DNA from: Promethearchaeota archaeon
GTDB lineage: Archaea > Asgardarchaeota > Lokiarchaeia > Sigyniarchaeales > SOKP01
Assembly: GCA_011364975.1 (NCBI GenBank)
Contig: RDOE01000098.1
Coordinates: forward strand, 1-10,892
Direction: 5' to 3'
DNA length: 10,892 bases
The notes under the pieces are model-generated. The model worked only from the letters and a program-made list of their open reading frames with translations. It was not told the DNA's origin and did no database searches. Shown here piece after piece: positions 7,295 through 10,892 of this stretch. The translations under genes and the position numbers were made by a program. Each line of letters starts with the position of its first letter. Within the stretch, counting starts at the first letter, position 1.

Positions 7295-7582
7295 TCATTT
7301 ATTCTCTTCTGAATCTAATTTTAAATGATCTGCAATACAACTTACAGCAATTAATAATTTAATTGAAGCAGAGTGAGATCCTTGTTTATCAAGTATACCG
7401 GCTAGATTTATTAAATCTACAACTGCTTTTAGCAAATCAGGTTTCCCTATATATTGTTTGAGCATATCTTCTATTTGTTCAATTGCGTAATCATCAAACT
7501 CAACTGGTTCAAATCCTTGATATGCAAGTTCAAGTGCTTTTTGAACAATAGGAGAGACTTTTTTATGCTGATCTTCAACCAT
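7295..7582 (-). CDS. Small helical hypothetical protein (95 aa)
   Basis: Non-overlapping ORF with an ATG start, protein-like composition, amphipathic helices and a downstream T-tract. No family recognised. Confidence 0.8.
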   Translation of the reverse strand: MVEDQHKKVSPIVQKALELAYQGFEPVEFDDYAIEQIEDMLKQYIGKPDLLKAVVDLINLAGILDKQGSHSASIKLLIAVSCIADHLKLDSEENK

Positions 7583-7775
7583 TAAAATTTTCGGATATTT
7601 TTACTATAATATTCTTTTAATCACCTAATATACTTTATAATTATTTTCAAAATGAGAAAAAAAGAAAATTAGAATTTAGAATCTAAGACAAAACTGTTAA
7701 TTTTTTAAGTTAAGGTCTCATATTAATGGTTAGATCCAATTGTCATTTTAATAATTATAATTTATATTAAAGTTT

Positions 7776-7780
7776 AGGTG
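7776..7780 (+). promoter_or_regulatory. Archaeal-style SD motif (AGGTG)
   Basis: AGGTG lies 7 nt before the TTG at 7788. Confidence 0.55.
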
Positions 7781-7787
7781 TAGTTTT

Positions 7788-9176
7788 TTGAATGATTATG
7801 ATGTAATAGTAGTTGGAAGTGGTGTTGGTGGCACTGCGGTAGGAGCCCTTTTAGCAAACAAGAGTCTAAATACACTTCTTATTGAAAAAAATGAAATAAT
7901 AGGAGGTAGATGCAGTACATATGAAAAAAATGGGTTCAAAGTTGATGTTGGAGTACATTCTTTTGCTAGAGCAGATAAAGGTCCTCTTGGGAAAATATTA
8001 GAAATGATTGATATGGAAGGAGCCATTAATTGGAGTATAGTTGGGCAAGGAGAGTCACAATGGCATTATAAAGGTGGATTTCATGGATTTCCAGAAGACT
8101 TAAGGAAATTTCTTCCTAAAGAAGATTTATTGAAGTTGCTTAGTTTAATTAATCAGGTGTCCAAATTGAAAGATACTAGTAAACTAGATGAAATTGATGT
8201 TAAATCATGGTTAACTCAATATACAACTAATAGTTTAATACATCGATATTTTTACTTAATTTCTGGATTATACTTTGTGATACCCTATCACCATGTATCA
8301 GCTGGGGAGTTTATAAGATGTTTAACTTCCTTGAATAAGTATCAAAGAGTTGGATATCCAGAAGGTGGATGTATCTCGATTCCTTTAGCCTATATAGAGG
8401 GAATAAAAAAGAGGGGTGGAAAAATCCTTACAAATACTACGGCAAACAAAATTATAGTAGAAGATGAAAAAGTAAAAGGGATTGAACTTGATAATGGAGA
8501 GTTTATCTCCTCAGATATTGTTATCTCTAATGCAGGAGTTAAAGATACAGTAAATAGACTCATAGGAAGAGATTATTTTAAAAAAGAATTTCTACAAAAA
8601 ATAGATAATCTCTCATACTCATTGAGTGCAATTACATTAAAACTTGCTCTCAAAAAATCTTTAACGCCTTATAAAATGGTTATATCATTCGGTTCAGAAA
8701 ACGTGGAAGAATATTATTCTCAAATGTCGAAAGGGAAAGTACCGGATGAAATTGATTACTTTATTCCTGTACCCTCAAATTATCATACTTCCATGGCTCC
8801 AAAAGAAAAACAACTACTAACTGCAGGAACAATGCTTCCTCGAGAAAATTTTGAAAAAAATAAGAAAAAGTGGATTGAAAACTCTTTTAGTACTCTCGAG
8901 AAAGTGTTCCCAGGATTGTCTGAAAATCTTCTTTGGTATGATATAACAACTCCAGAAGATATAGATATAATGTATGGCAAAGAAAGCTCTGTTGTAGGTA
9001 TTGCCCAAACTAATGAACAGTCGGGAATAAATAGGCCTTCAGTGTCGTTACCAATAAAAGATCTATATATGGTTGGCGGAGATGCAGGTGGTTGGGGTAT
9101 TGGTACAGAACTTGCAGCTATGAGTGCTCTTGAATGTTCTAATATTATCATAAAGGAAAAACTAGTTAAAAAATAA
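7788..9176 (+). CDS. NAD(P)/FAD-dependent oxidoreductase, phytoene desaturase-related family (COG1233)
   Basis: Contains YDVIVVGSGVGG...IEKNEIIGGRC (dinucleotide-binding plus GG motif), YPEGG, VISNAG, and the C-terminal IKDLYMVGGDAGGWGIG. Confidence 0.9.
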   Translation: MNDYDVIVVGSGVGGTAVGALLANKSLNTLLIEKNEIIGGRCSTYEKNGFKVDVGVHSFARADKGPLGKILEMIDMEGAINWSIVGQGESQWHYKGGFHGFPEDLRKFLPKEDLLKLLSLINQVSKLKDTSKLDEIDVKSWLTQYTTNSLIHRYFYLISGLYFVIPYHHVSAGEFIRCLTSLNKYQRVGYPEGGCISIPLAYIEGIKKRGGKILTNTTANKIIVEDEKVKGIELDNGEFISSDIVISNAGVKDTVNRLIGRDYFKKEFLQKIDNLSYSLSAITLKLALKKSLTPYKMVISFGSENVEEYYSQMSKGKVPDEIDYFIPVPSNYHTSMAPKEKQLLTAGTMLPRENFEKNKKKWIENSFSTLEKVFPGLSENLLWYDITTPEDIDIMYGKESSVVGIAQTNEQSGINRPSVSLPIKDLYMVGGDAGGWGIGTELAAMSALECSNIIIKEKLVKK

Positions 9177-9224
9177 ATCCTGTTAAGAGAAGTAAAAAGT
9201 AAATTAATTTAAAGAAATCCTTAT

Positions 9225-10109
9225 TTATTCCTCTTTATATAATGGTGAAGAAGCTTTCATAAAACGGTTTAAATGGCGCATTTTAGCTATTTGCTTACCA
9301 GATTCCTTATCTTCTAAAACAGAATCATACCAGAAATATTCTGTTTTAGAGCTCACACCAACACATACAATTGTCCCAGTTACTTTATAGGGTACTCCAA
9401 CTCTGACCGGTCCGTTAATAAGTTGAATCTCAGTAGCCCCATAAAAAGGTACAGCATCTATAGTGTGAGAATCTAACCAATCCGCTCCAAGTGCCATAGC
9501 ACCATACATAGCTGTGGGAGAGAGAATAGGAGACCCCCAAGGAGATTGAACTTTATAATATTCAAGAGGATCACAGATCCAGTCCAATCCCTTTATTGCA
9601 TCTTTTTGGGTTAGAAGAAATTCCTTTGAAGGCATCTCAAGCCCTGGTTTTAAGTGAGCCAGAATGCGAAGATCTTCAGGGGGAGAATTTTTAAGTTCTA
9701 TTACTTTTAAATATGATAATTCAGTAGGATTTCCCATAGAAATTGTACCTTGAGCTACGGTTTGACCTCCAATTAATTCAATTTTAGCCTCTACTTGAAC
9801 ATCCTCTGCTTCTTCAGGGGGTAATGCAATAATAGCTCTTACTTTTTCACGATCGGTGGTTGCATATGTATAATAAAGACTTAAAGTTCCTTTCTCAAAC
9901 CATTGATCTCCAAACACTTTTAAAGCTATTGGTCCAAAAAGGCTAAGATGTATAGTACCAGGAATTGTTCCACCACGCATGCCAACTGATTTTGCAACAT
10001 CGTCATCGTGGATTGAATCAGTTAAATTAGTCCATAGATTCTTAGGTTCACGCCATCCCCCATAGACATATCCATCCTTTATTTTAATATCATCAGACAT
10101 ATTTATCAT
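9225..10109 (-). CDS. Double hotdog-fold protein (MaoC-like dehydratase/thioesterase superfamily)
   Basis: DSIHDDDVAKSVGMRGGTIPG resembles the hydratase-2 motif (PIH.D...A...G....IAHG). The second half has SPWGSPILSPT and GPVRVGVPYKVTGTIV. The start may be the ATG at 10100. Confidence 0.7.
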   Translation of the reverse strand: MINMSDDIKIKDGYVYGGWREPKNLWTNLTDSIHDDDVAKSVGMRGGTIPGTIHLSLFGPIALKVFGDQWFEKGTLSLYYTYATTDREKVRAIIALPPEEAEDVQVEAKIELIGGQTVAQGTISMGNPTELSYLKVIELKNSPPEDLRILAHLKPGLEMPSKEFLLTQKDAIKGLDWICDPLEYYKVQSPWGSPILSPTAMYGAMALGADWLDSHTIDAVPFYGATEIQLINGPVRVGVPYKVTGTIVCVGVSSKTEYFWYDSVLEDKESGKQIAKMRHLNRFMKASSPLYKEE

Positions 10110-10126
10110 TCCAGATTAGATTAATC

Positions 10127-10136
10127 CTTATAAATA
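10127..10136 (-). promoter_or_regulatory. Possible TATA box of the hotdog-fold gene
   Basis: TATTTATAAG lies 18-27 nt upstream of ATG 10109, or 27-36 nt upstream of ATG 10100. Confidence 0.4.
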
Positions 10137-10260
10137 GATTTAATAGGTTTATCAAATTTCAGTATAATTATTAAATAAATGATTTAAATGATATACATCG
10201 ATTTAAAATTATAAAGTTAATGCTACACTTTAAAAAGAAATAGAGCATGAATTTCAGGAT

Positions 10261-10890
10261 TTATAAATTCAATTTATTTTTCCAAAAATTCATTTTATTT
10301 ATTAAACTCTGTTTTTCAGCGGCAGAGAGTATTGATGGAATTTGGCTTAATTCAGAAATAGTTATATTTATGGGATTTAATAAACTTATATATCCTAATT
10401 CTTCTTGGATACGATTCTTGAAATTTTGTAATTCTAAAGAAAGAGCCACTCCCGTGTAAGTATCAATATTAAAGAAGATTTTTTTAAGATTCTCGCTTAA
10501 TGACATATTTTGAGAGGTATTTCCTTCAACAAACACTTTTTTTGGTGGTTCGATTATCTCTTTTACAGGGTAAGTAGGTTGGGGTTGCTTTATATAATCT
10601 TGCTTCACTTCCACTGGCTTAAAGTTATTAGATTGTTGAATTGTTGGTTCTACTTTTGTTTTATGATTTTGAACAATAGGGGTTGTTGGTTGTAATTGAG
10701 ATTGACTAATGGAAGTTTTAGATAGGTTATTCCCATAAATATCTTCTTTTGGTGTAAAAGAACTTACAGATTGCTGGAAATTTGTAACGCCTGGACTTAA
10801 TGAAGCTTTTGGTACATAACTTGTTCTCATCGAAGGCATAACCGTCTTTTGAGCGCCAATCCAAGCTTCTTCCAATACTGGAACAAAAAT
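10261..10890 (-). CDS. Hypothetical protein, C-terminal part: S/T/P/Q-rich linker plus ~80-aa helical domain (5'-truncated by window edge)
   Basis: The frame stays open to the window end (IFVPVLEEAW...). About 110 aa of low-complexity sequence precede LSENLKKIFF...LSAAEKQSLINKMNFWKNKLNL. Confidence 0.8.
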   Translation of the reverse strand: MFVPVLEEAWIGAQKTVMPSMRTSYVPKASLSPGVTNFQQSVSSFTPKEDIYGNNLSKTSISQSQLQPTTPIVQNHKTKVEPTIQQSNNFKPVEVKQDYIKQPQPTYPVKEIIEPPKKVFVEGNTSQNMSLSENLKKIFFNIDTYTGVALSLELQNFKNRIQEELGYISLLNPINITISELSQIPSILSAAEKQSLINKMNFWKNKLNL

Positions 10891-10892
10891 CT

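Noticed and set aside
7604-7626. AGGTGAT / in-frame GTG as an upstream start for the 95-aa gene
   Set aside because: In-frame TAG and TAA (7601-7606) intervene before the ATG at 7582.
7788-9176. Calling the flavoprotein crtI (carotenoid synthesis)
   Set aside because: Only family-level motifs are visible, and no phytoene synthase or other crt gene is adjacent.
9200-9211. 12-bp palindrome TAAATTAATTTA between convergent genes
   Set aside because: It is all A/T and short, so it is expected by chance at this composition.
461-10695. Twelve short ORFs in the track (461-682, 1046-1228, 2064-2279, 3966-4304, 4404-4598, 4476-4676, 4942-5145, 7796-8026, 8783-9151, 8817-9008, 10247-10459, 10510-10695)
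   Set aside because: All overlap well-supported genes, antisense or out of frame, and show no recognisable motifs. They are shadow ORFs.
1-10892. CRISPR array, tRNA/rRNA, IS element or prophage
   Set aside because: I saw no regularly spaced repeats, GC-rich structured segments, or transposase, integrase or phage genes.

Overview
AT-rich (roughly 30% GC by eye), gene-dense prokaryotic DNA. It is most consistent with an archaeon, probably Asgard/Lokiarchaeia-like. This is inferred from gene content, AGGTG-type SD motifs, TATA-like boxes and oligo-T terminators, and is not proven. There are ten credible CDSs, two cut by the window edges: a multi-TM alpha/beta-hydrolase-like protein, a 2TM+double-RCK channel-like protein, a 7TM+HisKA-like protein, a CPBP intramembrane protease, pterin-4a-carbinolamine dehydratase, a GH77 4-alpha-glucanotransferase (malQ), a 95-aa hypothetical protein, a COG1233 FAD oxidoreductase, a double-hotdog protein and a low-complexity-linker protein. 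I also found an unannotated remnant resembling the C-terminus of a SOUL heme-binding protein (7036-7238, minus strand). No RNA genes, CRISPR arrays or mobile elements were seen. The most unusual features are an adjacent pair of 'disarmed' membrane signalling proteins: a 7TM sensor with a His-box but no kinase domain, and an RCK-gated channel with no K+ filter. A perfect 16-bp palindrome precedes them.
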